The position numbers and the translations under genes were made by a program. Below the pieces are notes generated by a model, which worked only from the letters and a program-made list of their open reading frames with translations, did no database searches and was not told the origin of the DNA. This document shows, piece by piece, positions 1 through 9,111 of a stretch of DNA of 64,000 nucleotides (its first letter is position 1; every line of letters starts with the position of its first letter). Source of the stretch: an uncultured Gaiellaceae bacterium (lineage in GTDB: Bacteria; Actinomycetota; Thermoleophilia; Gaiellales; Gaiellaceae); the NCBI GenBank assembly GCA_963822885.1, contig CAWGJJ010000001.1, positions 6,349 through 70,348 of the forward strand, read 5' to 3'.

Positions 1-1727
1 GCGGCCAGGCCGGGCACGAGCTCTTCGGACGGCTCCGCGAGCTCCCGTTCGTCACGGTCGCGGCGGTGAACGGGGCGGCCCTCGGCGGCGGCGTCGAGAT
101 CGCGCTCCATTGCGACTACCGGACGATCGCGTCGTCGGTGCGCCACTTCGCGTGCCCCGAGGTGTTCCTCGGCCTCATCCCCGGCTGGGGCGGCACCCAG
201 CTCGTCCCGCAGCTCGTCGGTGCCGAGGAGGCGGTGAAGTTCGTCGTCGAGAACCCGCTACGCCAGAACCGCATGCTCGATGCCCGGAAGGCATTCGACG
301 CCGGTTACGCGGACGCGCTGCTCGAGCCGGTCGAGTTCCTCGACGAATCGCTCGCGTTCCTGCTCGACAAGGTCGAGGAAGGCGCCGGCAAGCGCCGCCC
401 GAGCGCCGATCTCTCGGACGTCGCCGAGGTGTGCCGCAAGGCGCGGTCCCGTCTCGACGGACAGGTGCACGGAGCGACTCCGGCGCCGTACCGCGCGCTC
501 GACCTGATCGAAGGCTCGGCGACGTGGTCGCTCGAGGAGGGCTACCGGGCGGAGGAAGATGCGCTCGCGGAGCTTCTCCCCGGCCGCGAGGCGCAGGCCT
601 CCGTGTACGCCTTCGACCTGGTCGAGCGACGCGCGAAGCGCGGCGTGGGGATGCCCGACGCGGAGCCGCGTCGCGTTCAACGAGTCGGCATCGTCGGCGC
701 GGGGCTCATGGCCCGGCAGCTCGCGCTGCTCTTCCTGCGGCGCCTGGAGGTTCCGGTCGTGCTGCGCGACCTGACCCAGGAACAGGTCGACGACGCGATC
801 GCGTGGATCGCGGACGAGCTCGCCGACCTCGTGCGCCGCGGACGTCTCGCCGAAGGCAAAGCGCGCTTCCTCGGCTCGCTCGTCACCGGGGGCACCGAGT
901 GGGACGTCTTCGCCGGCTGCGATCTCGTCCTCGAGGCCGTGTTCGAGGAGATGGCGGTCAAGAAGGACGTCTTCGCGGCGCTCGAGCGCGTGGTCTCGCC
1001 CGAGTGCGTGCTCGCCACGAACACCTCGTCGCTCTCCGTCACCGAGATGGGCGCCGAGCTCGAGCACCCGGAGCGGGTCGTCGGGATGCACTTCTTCAAC
1101 CCGGTCGCCGTGCTGCCGCTCGTCGAGCTCGCCCGTACGCCTGCCACGGACGACGAATCCTTCGCCACCGTCTGGGCTGTCACGAAGAAGCTCCGCAAGA
1201 CCGGGGTGCCGGTTCGCGACGCGCCGGCCTTCGTCGTCAATCGCCTCCTCGGCCGCCAGGGCTCGGTGATCACGCAGGCGCTCGACCACGGCAACACCGT
1301 CGAGGAGACGGACGAGGCAGTGCTGCGAATGGGCCTGCCGATGGCGCCGTCCGTCCTCCTCCAGCTGGTCGGCCCGAAGGTCGCGAACCACGTGCGCCAC
1401 ACGCTGCACGACGCCTGGCCCGACCGCTTCCCGCTCTCGGCGACGCTCGAGAGCCTGGCGGAAGGGGGCGAGCCGGTGGTCGTCGAGCACGCGCCGCGAA
1501 GCGTGGAGGAGCTCCACACGGCCGTGCTGGAGGCACTCGCCGACGAGTCTCGTCACATCCTCGAGGAAGGCGTCGTCGCGGAGGCGGCCGACATCGACAC
1601 GTGCCTTCTCCTCGGTGCCGGATTCCCTTTCTGGCTCGGCGGAATCACGAAGCACCTCGACCAGACGGGGGTCTCCGAGCGGGTCGTCGGCCGCCCGCTC
1701 GCCGAGGTCTCGAGCACGCCTTCCTGA
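1..1727 (+). CDS. fadB: Fused enoyl-CoA hydratase / 3-hydroxyacyl-CoA dehydrogenase (FadB-like); 5' end lies outside the window
   Basis: The frame of ORF 66..1727 is open back to the window start. It has crotonase-fold motifs (GGGVEIALHCDYR, GLIPGWGGTQ), then a Rossmann motif (VGIVGAGLMARQ) and 3HCDH motifs (NTSSLSVTEM, HFFNPV). Confidence 0.85.
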   Translation, partial: GQAGHELFGRLRELPFVTVAAVNGAALGGGVEIALHCDYRTIASSVRHFACPEVFLGLIPGWGGTQLVPQLVGAEEAVKFVVENPLRQNRMLDARKAFDAGYADALLEPVEFLDESLAFLLDKVEEGAGKRRPSADLSDVAEVCRKARSRLDGQVHGATPAPYRALDLIEGSATWSLEEGYRAEEDALAELLPGREAQASVYAFDLVERRAKRGVGMPDAEPRRVQRVGIVGAGLMARQLALLFLRRLEVPVVLRDLTQEQVDDAIAWIADELADLVRRGRLAEGKARFLGSLVTGGTEWDVFAGCDLVLEAVFEEMAVKKDVFAALERVVSPECVLATNTSSLSVTEMGAELEHPERVVGMHFFNPVAVLPLVELARTPATDDESFATVWAVTKKLRKTGVPVRDAPAFVVNRLLGRQGSVITQALDHGNTVEETDEAVLRMGLPMAPSVLLQLVGPKVANHVRHTLHDAWPDRFPLSATLESLAEGGEPVVVEHAPRSVEELHTAVLEALADESRHILEEGVVAEAADIDTCLLLGAGFPFWLGGITKHLDQTGVSERVVGRPLAEVSSTPS

Positions 1728-1760
1728 CACCCATTACGGTCGAGGACCGATCTCTGAGGT

Positions 1761-4340
1761 ATGCTCCGACAGGTACCGCTCGCCGGTCATTGGACGCGAG
1801 CGACAACACTTCGGAAGGGAGCGGCACGACAACACGTGCTGCCTGAATGCACGAGGCTACGACCATCCCGACGCTCGACGTCGGACACATCCGAGAACCT
1901 GACTGCTGCGGCCCGTCGCGCCGAGTCCTGGTTCGGTGAGCCCTTCCTGGCGCCGGACGAGGACGCGCTGCAGGCGCTCGCGCCCGGGACGGCACGGCGT
2001 GCCGCGCTCGACGACGCGCTCGCCGAGATCGACGCGGGCCTGACGACGCCGTCGGCGCGCTGGAAAGTGCGCTACGGGCTCATGCTGGGCCTCGAGCGCG
2101 TCCTCACGGAAGACCCCGCACGCACAGCCGCCGGGACTGAGCTTCGCCGACACCAGATCGACGCGCTCACCGGAATGCTCGCCGAGCTCATCGCGGCGAC
2201 GCAACGCCCGGCGGAGGAGAACGGAAACGGCAACGGCACGACGAACGGCGCCGTCGCGGAGGTCGAGGTGGACGAGGAGGCCGACGACGACTACGACGCC
2301 GGGTTCATCGAAGACGACGAGCTGCCCGAGGCCGAGTTCACGGCCGCCGACCCCGGCGCAGTCCGACGCTTCCGGTTCCGCCACCCGACGGCCTCCGGCA
2401 AGACGATCGCAGCTGCCGGCTTCGTCGAGGCGGCACGAAACCTCGGCGTCCTGATCCTCACCCACCGCCGGCTCCTCGTCGCGCAGTTCAAGGGCGACCT
2501 CACGACAGAGGGCTACGGCGACCGCTTCACCGACGCGATCATGGCCGGGACGACGCCTCCGACCGACACCCCGCTGACGATCCAGACGTACGCCTGGTTC
2601 GCGCGTCACGGCTCCGAGCTCGACCGCAACGCCTACCACCTCGTCATCTGCGACGAGGCGCACACGGCTCTCGGCGAGAAGACGAGTGCGGCGATCCGCG
2701 CGTTCGCCGAGCCCCTCTTCATCGGGATGACCGCGACCGAGCAGCTGATCGCGAAGCAGGTCTCGGACGTCTTCCCCGCCTCCGTCGACGACCTTCCGCT
2801 GAGCGACGCCGCGCGGCGCGGTCTCATCGCACCGCTTCGCTGCCTGCGTGTCCCGCCCGCAGCAGCGATCAACTCGGTTCCCATCGTCGGCGGCGACTTC
2901 GAGGAGCGCGCGCTCGCCGCGGCCCTCGACCACGAGGCGCTGAACCAGGCGGCCGCGAGTCTCTATCGCGAACGCTTCGGATCGACTCCGGGCATCGTCT
3001 ACGCCGCGGGTGTCGAGCACGCGTACAACCTCGCGCAGGAGTTCCGCGCAGCCGGGATCAAGGCGGAGGCCGTCTCGGGTCGCACGCCACCGGCCCGACT
3101 TGCCGAGACACTGGCGGCGTACGAACGCGGCGAGATCAACGTCCTCGTCAACGCCATGCTGCTCGCCGAGGGTTGGAACTCCCCGCGCGCGACGGTCTGC
3201 ATGCACCTCGCGCCGACGGCGTCGCGCCGCGTCTACCAGCAGCGCATCGGCCGCATCATGCGCACCCACCCGCGCAAGGAAGCGGGTGTCGTCGTCGACT
3301 TCGTCCCAAAGGGTGCGACCCACTCGGAACGCGTCGTGTCGCTCCACGCGCTGCTCGACTCCGACTTCTACCGCGAGGGTGCCCGCGTCACGCCGGCTCC
3401 GAGACGGCGCCAGCAGCGACGCGCGCGCCGCAAGCTCTCCCCGGTTCCGTGGCTCGTCCCGGTCACGCCAGCCGTCGCGCGACGGCTGGCCGTGATCCAG
3501 CGCGAGTGGCAGCGGATCGATCCGAAGTACCTGGACGACGACGAGCAGCGCTTCTGGGCGACGATCGCGGGCCGCCAGATCCGCTTCGACCAACGCGCCG
3601 AGTTTGCGAAGAAGTTCACAGAGGGTCGTGCAACCAAGGGCGCGCTCGAGCAGTTCCTGTCCACGTGTGCCGCGGAGAACCCGAATCGGCGCCTGCGCAT
3701 GACGGCGCTCATGGATCGCGTTGCGACACCGATCGACCGCGCGGACTTCGACGACCTCGTCACGCTCGTCACCCAGGCTCCACCGTGGGACAAGGACCGG
3801 GCGGCCGGTGTGCGCATCCTTCTGCGCGCGATCGGAGAGGGGAAGCCCCTCGCACCCGATCAGATCCTCGCGCGCTGGACGTGGCGGCTCGCACGCGCGA
3901 CGCGCAAGGTTCAGGATCGCCGCGTCTCGACCGAGTTCCCCGAGGCGAAGCGTCTGCTCGGGGCGGCCGCGAACTCACGCGGCTACCGGCACGAGGAGAA
4001 CGTCAACCGTCTGGTGCAGGTCGCCGCAGAGATGCCGCTGCCGGTCGGCGCGGCGCTCCTCGCCTCGGCCGACGGCTACACACCGCGAGCCAACGGCGCG
4101 CTCGATCAGGCTCGTGAGGACCTCGGAACGACCGCGGAGATCGCGAACGCGCTCGCAGACAACCTCCCCGTACCGAAGCTCACCGCACGAAAGTCCCGCC
4201 GTCGGCGCCGCAAGCGCAAGAGCCCATCGGGCGGGGACGCGGCGACCGCACAGGTCACGGAGACAACAGGCGCGACGGACGTCGTGCAGCTGTCGGTGGC
4301 CGAGCCGCCGGTCGACGAGTCGTCCGAAGACGCGGCGTAG
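1761..4340 (+). CDS. SF2 DEAD/DEAH-type helicase (ResIII/Helicase_C architecture) with a ~330-aa C-terminal extension
   Basis: Motif I HPTASGKT, motif II LVICDEAH, motif III GMTATE, motif VI QQRIGRIMR. The C-terminal third has no domain I recognise and ends in a basic tail (RKSRRRRRKRK). The start codon is uncertain; a GTG near 1833 is possible. Confidence 0.75.
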   Translation: MLRQVPLAGHWTRATTLRKGAARQHVLPECTRLRPSRRSTSDTSENLTAAARRAESWFGEPFLAPDEDALQALAPGTARRAALDDALAEIDAGLTTPSARWKVRYGLMLGLERVLTEDPARTAAGTELRRHQIDALTGMLAELIAATQRPAEENGNGNGTTNGAVAEVEVDEEADDDYDAGFIEDDELPEAEFTAADPGAVRRFRFRHPTASGKTIAAAGFVEAARNLGVLILTHRRLLVAQFKGDLTTEGYGDRFTDAIMAGTTPPTDTPLTIQTYAWFARHGSELDRNAYHLVICDEAHTALGEKTSAAIRAFAEPLFIGMTATEQLIAKQVSDVFPASVDDLPLSDAARRGLIAPLRCLRVPPAAAINSVPIVGGDFEERALAAALDHEALNQAAASLYRERFGSTPGIVYAAGVEHAYNLAQEFRAAGIKAEAVSGRTPPARLAETLAAYERGEINVLVNAMLLAEGWNSPRATVCMHLAPTASRRVYQQRIGRIMRTHPRKEAGVVVDFVPKGATHSERVVSLHALLDSDFYREGARVTPAPRRRQQRRARRKLSPVPWLVPVTPAVARRLAVIQREWQRIDPKYLDDDEQRFWATIAGRQIRFDQRAEFAKKFTEGRATKGALEQFLSTCAAENPNRRLRMTALMDRVATPIDRADFDDLVTLVTQAPPWDKDRAAGVRILLRAIGEGKPLAPDQILARWTWRLARATRKVQDRRVSTEFPEAKRLLGAAANSRGYRHEENVNRLVQVAAEMPLPVGAALLASADGYTPRANGALDQAREDLGTTAEIANALADNLPVPKLTARKSRRRRRKRKSPSGGDAATAQVTETTGATDVVQLSVAEPPVDESSEDAA

Positions 4341-4349
4341 CCTTCCCCT

Positions 4350-5252
4350 CTAGCCGGGCCCGCCCGACTCGGGTGTGTCGTCGTCGGCCTCGCGGTCCCG
4401 TAGAAAGCGCGTGATCTCGGCAGCGAGCGCGTCGCCGGACGGGAGCTCGTCCGACTCCTCGAGGAGCTCGAGTGAGTCGGCTCGACGCTCGAGCTCTTCG
4501 ACGTAGCCCGCGGTGTCGGCGTCGGTCGCGACGGCCTGCGAGACCTGCTCGACGTATTCGTCCGCTGCCTCGGAGAGCTCACTCACGTCGATCTCCGTCG
4601 CGAGCACGCCGCCGAGACGCTCGCAGAGCGCCTTCGCGGCGGGCGGATTCGGTGCCAGCTGCACGTAGTGGGGCACCGCCGCCCAGAGGCTCACGGACGG
4701 GATTCCCACCTGCCGGCACGAGTCGAGCAGCACCCCCACGATGCCGGTCGGCCCCTCGTAGCGCGAGAGCTGGAGACCGAGCTCGTCCACGAGCTGCGGA
4801 TCTGTCGCCGCGCCGGTAACGGGTGCCGGACGCGTATGCGGCACGTCCGCAACGAGAGCGCCGAGGGTTACCGCGAGCTCGACGCCGAGGTCGCTCGCGA
4901 GCCCGGTGATCAGCTCGCTGAACGTCCGCCAGCGGTAGTTCGGCTCGACCCCGACGAGAAGGATCACGTCGCGGTTCGCCTCCGGAATACGCGCGCGGTA
5001 GAACGTGTTCTCCGGCCACTCGATCTTCCGCGTGCGACCGTCCTCCAGCGAGACCATCGGCCGTGTCGCCTGGAAGTCGACGAACAACTCCGGGTCGATC
5101 TCCGCGAACTTGTGGGCGCCCCACAAGCGCGCGAGATAGCCGGCGGCGAGCGTCGCAGCCTGGCCACCGTCGTTCCACCCGCGGAACGCTCCGATCAGAA
5201 CCGGCCGCTCGAGCGCCGTCGGGCGCTCGTGCATCCTCAGCTCGCGAGCCAC
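4350..5252 (-). CDS. PAC2 (proteasome assembly chaperone 2-like) family protein
   Basis: 300-aa ORF with an N-terminus typical of actinobacterial PAC2 proteins (RPVLIGAFRGWNDGGQAATLAAGYL) and an acidic C-terminal tail. Confidence 0.7.
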   Translation of the reverse strand: MARELRMHERPTALERPVLIGAFRGWNDGGQAATLAAGYLARLWGAHKFAEIDPELFVDFQATRPMVSLEDGRTRKIEWPENTFYRARIPEANRDVILLVGVEPNYRWRTFSELITGLASDLGVELAVTLGALVADVPHTRPAPVTGAATDPQLVDELGLQLSRYEGPTGIVGVLLDSCRQVGIPSVSLWAAVPHYVQLAPNPPAAKALCERLGGVLATEIDVSELSEAADEYVEQVSQAVATDADTAGYVEELERRADSLELLEESDELPSGDALAAEITRFLRDREADDDTPESGGPG

Positions 5253-5262
5253 CCGAGCAAGC

Positions 5263-6183
5263 CTACTGGCGCCTCAGCGGCTCGGGCGGGCGCCAGAGAG
5301 TGAACGCGAGCGCGAGGCTGAAGGCCCAGATCGCGGCCGCGAGGATCACGTGCACGAGCACCAAGCCCCAGGGCAAGGCGTTGTTGTATTGCACCTCGCC
5401 GAGGATCGCCTGCGCGACGAGTACGACGAGTAGTCCGATCCAGATGCGGAAGAGGCCGGGGTACGACGACACGAGCCGGTAGAGCAGCCCTCCGAGCACG
5501 AGGACGCCGATGCCGAATACGGCCGCGGCCCGGACATGCACGTACATCGTGTCGAGGATCTCGACGCCGAGGCGCTTCACGTCCTCGCTCGACCCAGGGT
5601 GTGGGCCAGAGGCGGTCACGACGGCGCCGGTCACCACGAGGGTCATGCAGACGGGAAGGCCTACCCAGGTCACAAGCTGCCGGAGCCACCCCGGCCCTGC
5701 GGCGGGAGCCAGTCCGTCCCGCAGGCTCCACGCCTCGAGCACCGCGATGAGCGCCAGCCCGAACGCGGCGAGCCCCAGCAGAAAGTGCGTCATGACGGCG
5801 AGCGGGTGGAGATCGAGGGCGATCGTCACACCGCCCATCGGGATCTGCGCGATGGCGACGAGAAAAGCGCCGAGCGCCGCCCAGCGCCCCCAGCGGGAGA
5901 GACCGGTCGTCCACCGTGACGCGAGCCAGGCGGCGAGCGTGAGGACGATTCCGACGAGCGCGACCATGCGGTTGCCGAACTCGACGAACGCATGAAAGCC
6001 CTGCTCCGGATAGGGCTTGTCTCCACAGCTCGGCCAGTTCTCGCATCCGAGGCCCGAGCCGGTCAGGCGGACGAACGCTCCCGACGTGATGACGACGAAG
6101 AGCGCGATACACGACGCGAGAGCGATCCGGAGGAATGTCCGTGCCGAGACGGATCGAGCCCGAGCGACTACGACAGCGCCCAC
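5263..6183 (-). CDS. ctaA: Heme A synthase (COX15/CtaA family)
   Basis: This is the C-terminal 306 codons of ORF 5263..7164. It is a multi-pass membrane protein with FVRLTGSGLGCENWPSCG and conserved His residues in the TM helices. The only in-frame start is GTG at 6183..6181, which overlaps the selD TAG stop by 1 nt. The upstream part of the 633-aa ORF is an alternative frame of selD. Confidence 0.8.
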   Translation of the reverse strand: MGAVVVARARSVSARTFLRIALASCIALFVVITSGAFVRLTGSGLGCENWPSCGDKPYPEQGFHAFVEFGNRMVALVGIVLTLAAWLASRWTTGLSRWGRWAALGAFLVAIAQIPMGGVTIALDLHPLAVMTHFLLGLAAFGLALIAVLEAWSLRDGLAPAAGPGWLRQLVTWVGLPVCMTLVVTGAVVTASGPHPGSSEDVKRLGVEILDTMYVHVRAAAVFGIGVLVLGGLLYRLVSSYPGLFRIWIGLLVVLVAQAILGEVQYNNALPWGLVLVHVILAAAIWAFSLALAFTLWRPPEPLRRQ

Positions 6184-7316
6184 TAGCGGAAGAGAACTCC
6201 TGAGCCTTCCTCGATGCGCCCGATGCGAGCCGCGGCGAGCCCCTGCGACGCGAGGGTCGCTTCGAGGACGGGGGCCCGCTCGCCGGGCATCGACACGAGC
6301 AGGCCCCCGGCGGTCTGCGGGTCGTAGGCGAGAGCCTCCCAGACGCTGGTCGCGTGGCTCTCGACGTGTGGCTCTGCGTACTCGCGATTGCGACCGTCGC
6401 CGCCCGTTCTCACGCCGTCGGCCGCGAGCTCGAGGGCCGCGGGTAGCGACGGGAGAGCCTCGGCGTCGATGACGGCTCGCACGCCGCTCCGTGAAGCGAG
6501 CTCGTACGTGTGCCCGAGCAAGCCGAACCCCGTGACGTCCGTGACCGCGCTGGGCTCGAAGGGCCGGATGGCGTCGGCCGCCGCACGATTGAGCTCGATC
6601 ATCGACTCGACGGCCGCCTCGAGTGCTCCGGGGGGCGCGATTCCGTCCCGCTGGGCTTGCAGCACGAGCCCGGTACCGAGCGGCTTCGTGAGGAAGAGAA
6701 CGTCGCCCGCACGCGCTCCGGCCTTCGCCCAGATCCGCTCCGGATGAACCAAGCCGACGACCGCGAGCCCGTACTTCGGCTCGGCGTCGCGAATGGTGTG
6801 GCCTCCAGCCAGGATCGCACCGGCCGCACGCACCCGCTCGTCCGCACCGGCAAGCACCTCCCCGAGCACCTCGACCGGGAGCTCCTCGGGAAACGCGGTG
6901 ACGGAAAGCGCCAGCAGCGGAGCGCCGCCCATCGCGAAGACGTCGTTCAGCGCGTTCGTCGCGGCAATGGCGCCGAAGGTGCGCGGATCGTCGACGAGCG
7001 GCGGGAAGAAGTCGACGGTAAACACGATCGCCCGCTCGTCGTCGAGCCGATACACCGCAGCATCGTCGGCAGGATCGAGCCCGACGAGCAGGTCCTCCGC
7101 GTCGGCCGGAACGAGCCCGGCGAGCAGCGTCTCGAGCCGCGCCGCCGAGTACTTCGCGGCACACCCTCCGGCGCGCGCGAGCGACGTGAGCCCGACCGTC
7201 TCCACGGAGACACTGTACGGAAGGACATCACGCCGGAGAATCGAAAGACCGTGCACAGAAGTTCTCGTCTTCTCCCTCCCCCTGACAAGCGGCCGCCGCC
7301 CCCTCGGCGGCCGCAC
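6183..7316 (-). CDS. selD: Selenide, water dikinase (selenophosphate synthetase), Cys-type
   Basis: The N-terminal motif LTSLARAGGCAAKYSAARLETLL aligns with E. coli GAGCGCKISPKVLETIL, with the catalytic Cys and Lys conserved. It has the AIR-synthase-like fold motifs (DDPRTFGAIAATNALNDVFAMGG, TDVTGFGLLGH). The true start is probably downstream of 7316, at GTG candidates near 7250 or 7213. Confidence 0.85.
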   Translation of the reverse strand: MRPPRGRRPLVRGREKTRTSVHGLSILRRDVLPYSVSVETVGLTSLARAGGCAAKYSAARLETLLAGLVPADAEDLLVGLDPADDAAVYRLDDERAIVFTVDFFPPLVDDPRTFGAIAATNALNDVFAMGGAPLLALSVTAFPEELPVEVLGEVLAGADERVRAAGAILAGGHTIRDAEPKYGLAVVGLVHPERIWAKAGARAGDVLFLTKPLGTGLVLQAQRDGIAPPGALEAAVESMIELNRAAADAIRPFEPSAVTDVTGFGLLGHTYELASRSGVRAVIDAEALPSLPAALELAADGVRTGGDGRNREYAEPHVESHATSVWEALAYDPQTAGGLLVSMPGERAPVLEATLASQGLAAARIGRIEEGSGVLFR

Positions 7317-7367
7317 TTCTGTGCGCGGAGATCACGCCGGCGCCGTGATCCATAGACTCGCGCCAGC

Positions 7368-8048
7368 GTGAAGTCAGCACTCGTGACCGGTGGCTCGTCC
7401 GGGATCGGGCTCGCGATTGCTCGCGCGCTGCGCGCGGACGGATACGCGCTGACGCTCGCCGCGCGACGACCCGAGCCGCTCGAGGCTGCCGCTGCGGAGC
7501 TCGACGCGCTGGCCGTGCCCGCAAACCTCGGGGACGCCGACGAGTGCGTCCGGGTCGTCGCTGCACACGCCGAGCGCCATGGCGGAATGGATGTCCTCGT
7601 GAACTGCGCCGGCATCGGCATCGGCGGGTCGTTCGCGGAGCAGGAGACGAAGAAGATCGACATGCAGCTCGATGTCAACCTGCGCGCCACGCTCGTAGTC
7701 ACTCGCGAGTCGCTGCCGTTGCTCCGAGCCGCTCGCGGGCAGATCATCACGCTCGCCTCGATCGCCGGGACGATCCCGACGCCCGGACTCGCCGTCTACG
7801 GCACGACGAAGGCGGCGCTCATCGCGTGGACGACCTCGTTGAATCGCGAGGAGGCCGAACACGGGATCCGCGCGACGGCGATCTCGCCCGGATTCGTCGC
7901 CACCCGGATGACCGAGTGGACGGGTCTGCCGGAGGAGGAGCAGATCTCTACAGACGACATCGTCGCGCTCGTGCGGGCGGTGCTGTCGCTGAGCCCGATG
8001 GCGCGCGTGCCCAACATCGTCGTCGAGCGCCTCGGCGACGCGTACTGA
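7368..8048 (+). CDS. Short-chain dehydrogenase/reductase (SDR)
   Basis: GTG start, TGGSSGIGLAIA cofactor motif, NCAG, and the YGTTKAAL catalytic Y-x3-K. Confidence 0.85.
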   Translation: MKSALVTGGSSGIGLAIARALRADGYALTLAARRPEPLEAAAAELDALAVPANLGDADECVRVVAAHAERHGGMDVLVNCAGIGIGGSFAEQETKKIDMQLDVNLRATLVVTRESLPLLRAARGQIITLASIAGTIPTPGLAVYGTTKAALIAWTTSLNREEAEHGIRATAISPGFVATRMTEWTGLPEEEQISTDDIVALVRAVLSLSPMARVPNIVVERLGDAY

Positions 8049-8051
8049 CGG

Positions 8052-8969
8052 TCAGTCGGTCGGAGCCAGCTTCTCGCGAACGGCCTGTTCGAGCTCGTTC
8101 ACCGAAACGGTCCCTTCGAATCGTGCGGCGATCGTCCCGTTGGCGGCAACGAGGAACGTCCACGGCTCGGTCAGCAGCTTCCACTCCTGCAGCCAGCGGT
8201 TGTAGCCCTTGGCCGGGTCGTTGTCCTCGAACACCTCGACGTGAATGAAGCGGATCTCGTCGCTTCCGACGCGCCGTGACACTTCTTCGACGACGTCGAC
8301 GACGGGACCACACGTTCGACTGGAGCAGTACTTCGGCGTCGCGAACGTCACCACGAACGGAACGTTCGCCTCGAGCGAGTCGGCGACCGAGTGACGCAGG
8401 AGCTCCCTGTCCGGCGGTCTTCGCGTGGTGAGCGCCGCCGTGTTTCCGCCCGTCGAAGCGAGCGTCGGGGTCTCGGACGCGACCGCGGGATCCCCGACAT
8501 CGGGTGGCGCGTCGTTCTTTACGACGACGACGTTGCCGAGTGCCTGAACCTTCTCCGCACCGCCCTCGGGCTCGGCCAGGAACCAGAACTTCCCCGGGCG
8601 CGGCAACCGAAGGGTCGCGACGTAGATATGGGTCGCGTCTGCCTCGTCTTCGCCGGGAAGGCCGATCCGCTCGAGCTTCGCCTCGGTCTCGAGGAACGGC
8701 GTCGCTTCGAGCGCGTCCGCGACCCAGACCTTCGCGGTCGGAAGCGCCACCACCGCACCCTCGGAATCCACGACGAGGAAGGACACCCGCACGTCGCCGG
8801 GCTCGTGATTCTCGGTACCCGGGATCACCGCGACATCGTCCCCCGGCGCGCGCCACAGCTCTTCGAGCGTCGCGCCCGGGGCCGGCTCGGTCGAAGACCC
8901 GGAGTCCGATCCGCCACAACCGACGAGGAGCACGCACGACAGCGCAGTCAAGGCAGCGACGGCGCGCAT
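8052..8969 (-). CDS. Secreted lipoprotein with a C-terminal thioredoxin-fold-like domain
   Basis: Lipobox signal MRAVAALTALSCVLLVGCGG. The C-terminal part (FATPKYCSSRTCGPVVD ... WTFLVAANGTIAARFEG) resembles redoxin/TlpA-like folds. The N-terminal ~170 aa is beta-rich and of unknown function. Confidence 0.5.
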   Translation of the reverse strand: MRAVAALTALSCVLLVGCGGSDSGSSTEPAPGATLEELWRAPGDDVAVIPGTENHEPGDVRVSFLVVDSEGAVVALPTAKVWVADALEATPFLETEAKLERIGLPGEDEADATHIYVATLRLPRPGKFWFLAEPEGGAEKVQALGNVVVVKNDAPPDVGDPAVASETPTLASTGGNTAALTTRRPPDRELLRHSVADSLEANVPFVVTFATPKYCSSRTCGPVVDVVEEVSRRVGSDEIRFIHVEVFEDNDPAKGYNRWLQEWKLLTEPWTFLVAANGTIAARFEGTVSVNELEQAVREKLAPTD

Positions 8970-8996
8970 TCGTGCTCGAGTGTAGCCAGGCGGCTC

Positions 8997-9095
8997 TTAG
9001 TTCCCGTCAGGCCAGGAGCGGTAGGCGCCCCACTGCCCGAGCCACGCAGCCAGCAACGCGAGGTTGACCAGCAGGAGCATGAGTCTCGGCTTCAT
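8997..9095 (-). CDS. 32-aa signal-like or small membrane peptide (MKPRLMLLLVNLALLAAWLGQWGAYRSWPDGN)
   Basis: AGGAGG (9106..9101) lies 5 nt upstream of ATG 9095. The ORF starts 17 nt after the regulator's TAG stop and ends in TAA. Codons are GC3-rich like flanking genes. Layout is a basic N-terminus, a hydrophobic core and a polar aromatic tail. It falls below the ORF-track length cut-off except as the tail of ORF 8997..9398. Confidence 0.55.
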   Translation of the reverse strand: MKPRLMLLLVNLALLAAWLGQWGAYRSWPDGN

Positions 9096-9111
9096 GGCGA
9101 CCTCCTTTCGG

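Noticed and set aside
4983-5011. A second GGAAT-N18-GTT match (SigR/SigH-type promoter) on the plus strand.
   Set aside because: It lies antisense inside the PAC2 gene with no downstream plus-strand gene. One or two chance matches are expected in 128 kb of two-strand sequence.
5263-7164. 633-aa, 622-aa (38727..40595), 664-aa (21022..23016) and 737-aa (46046..48259) ORFs treated as single large proteins.
   Set aside because: Only part of each is protein-like (CtaA, ZIP, M16 N-half, methyltransferase fragment). The rest is an open alternative frame of a neighbouring gene.
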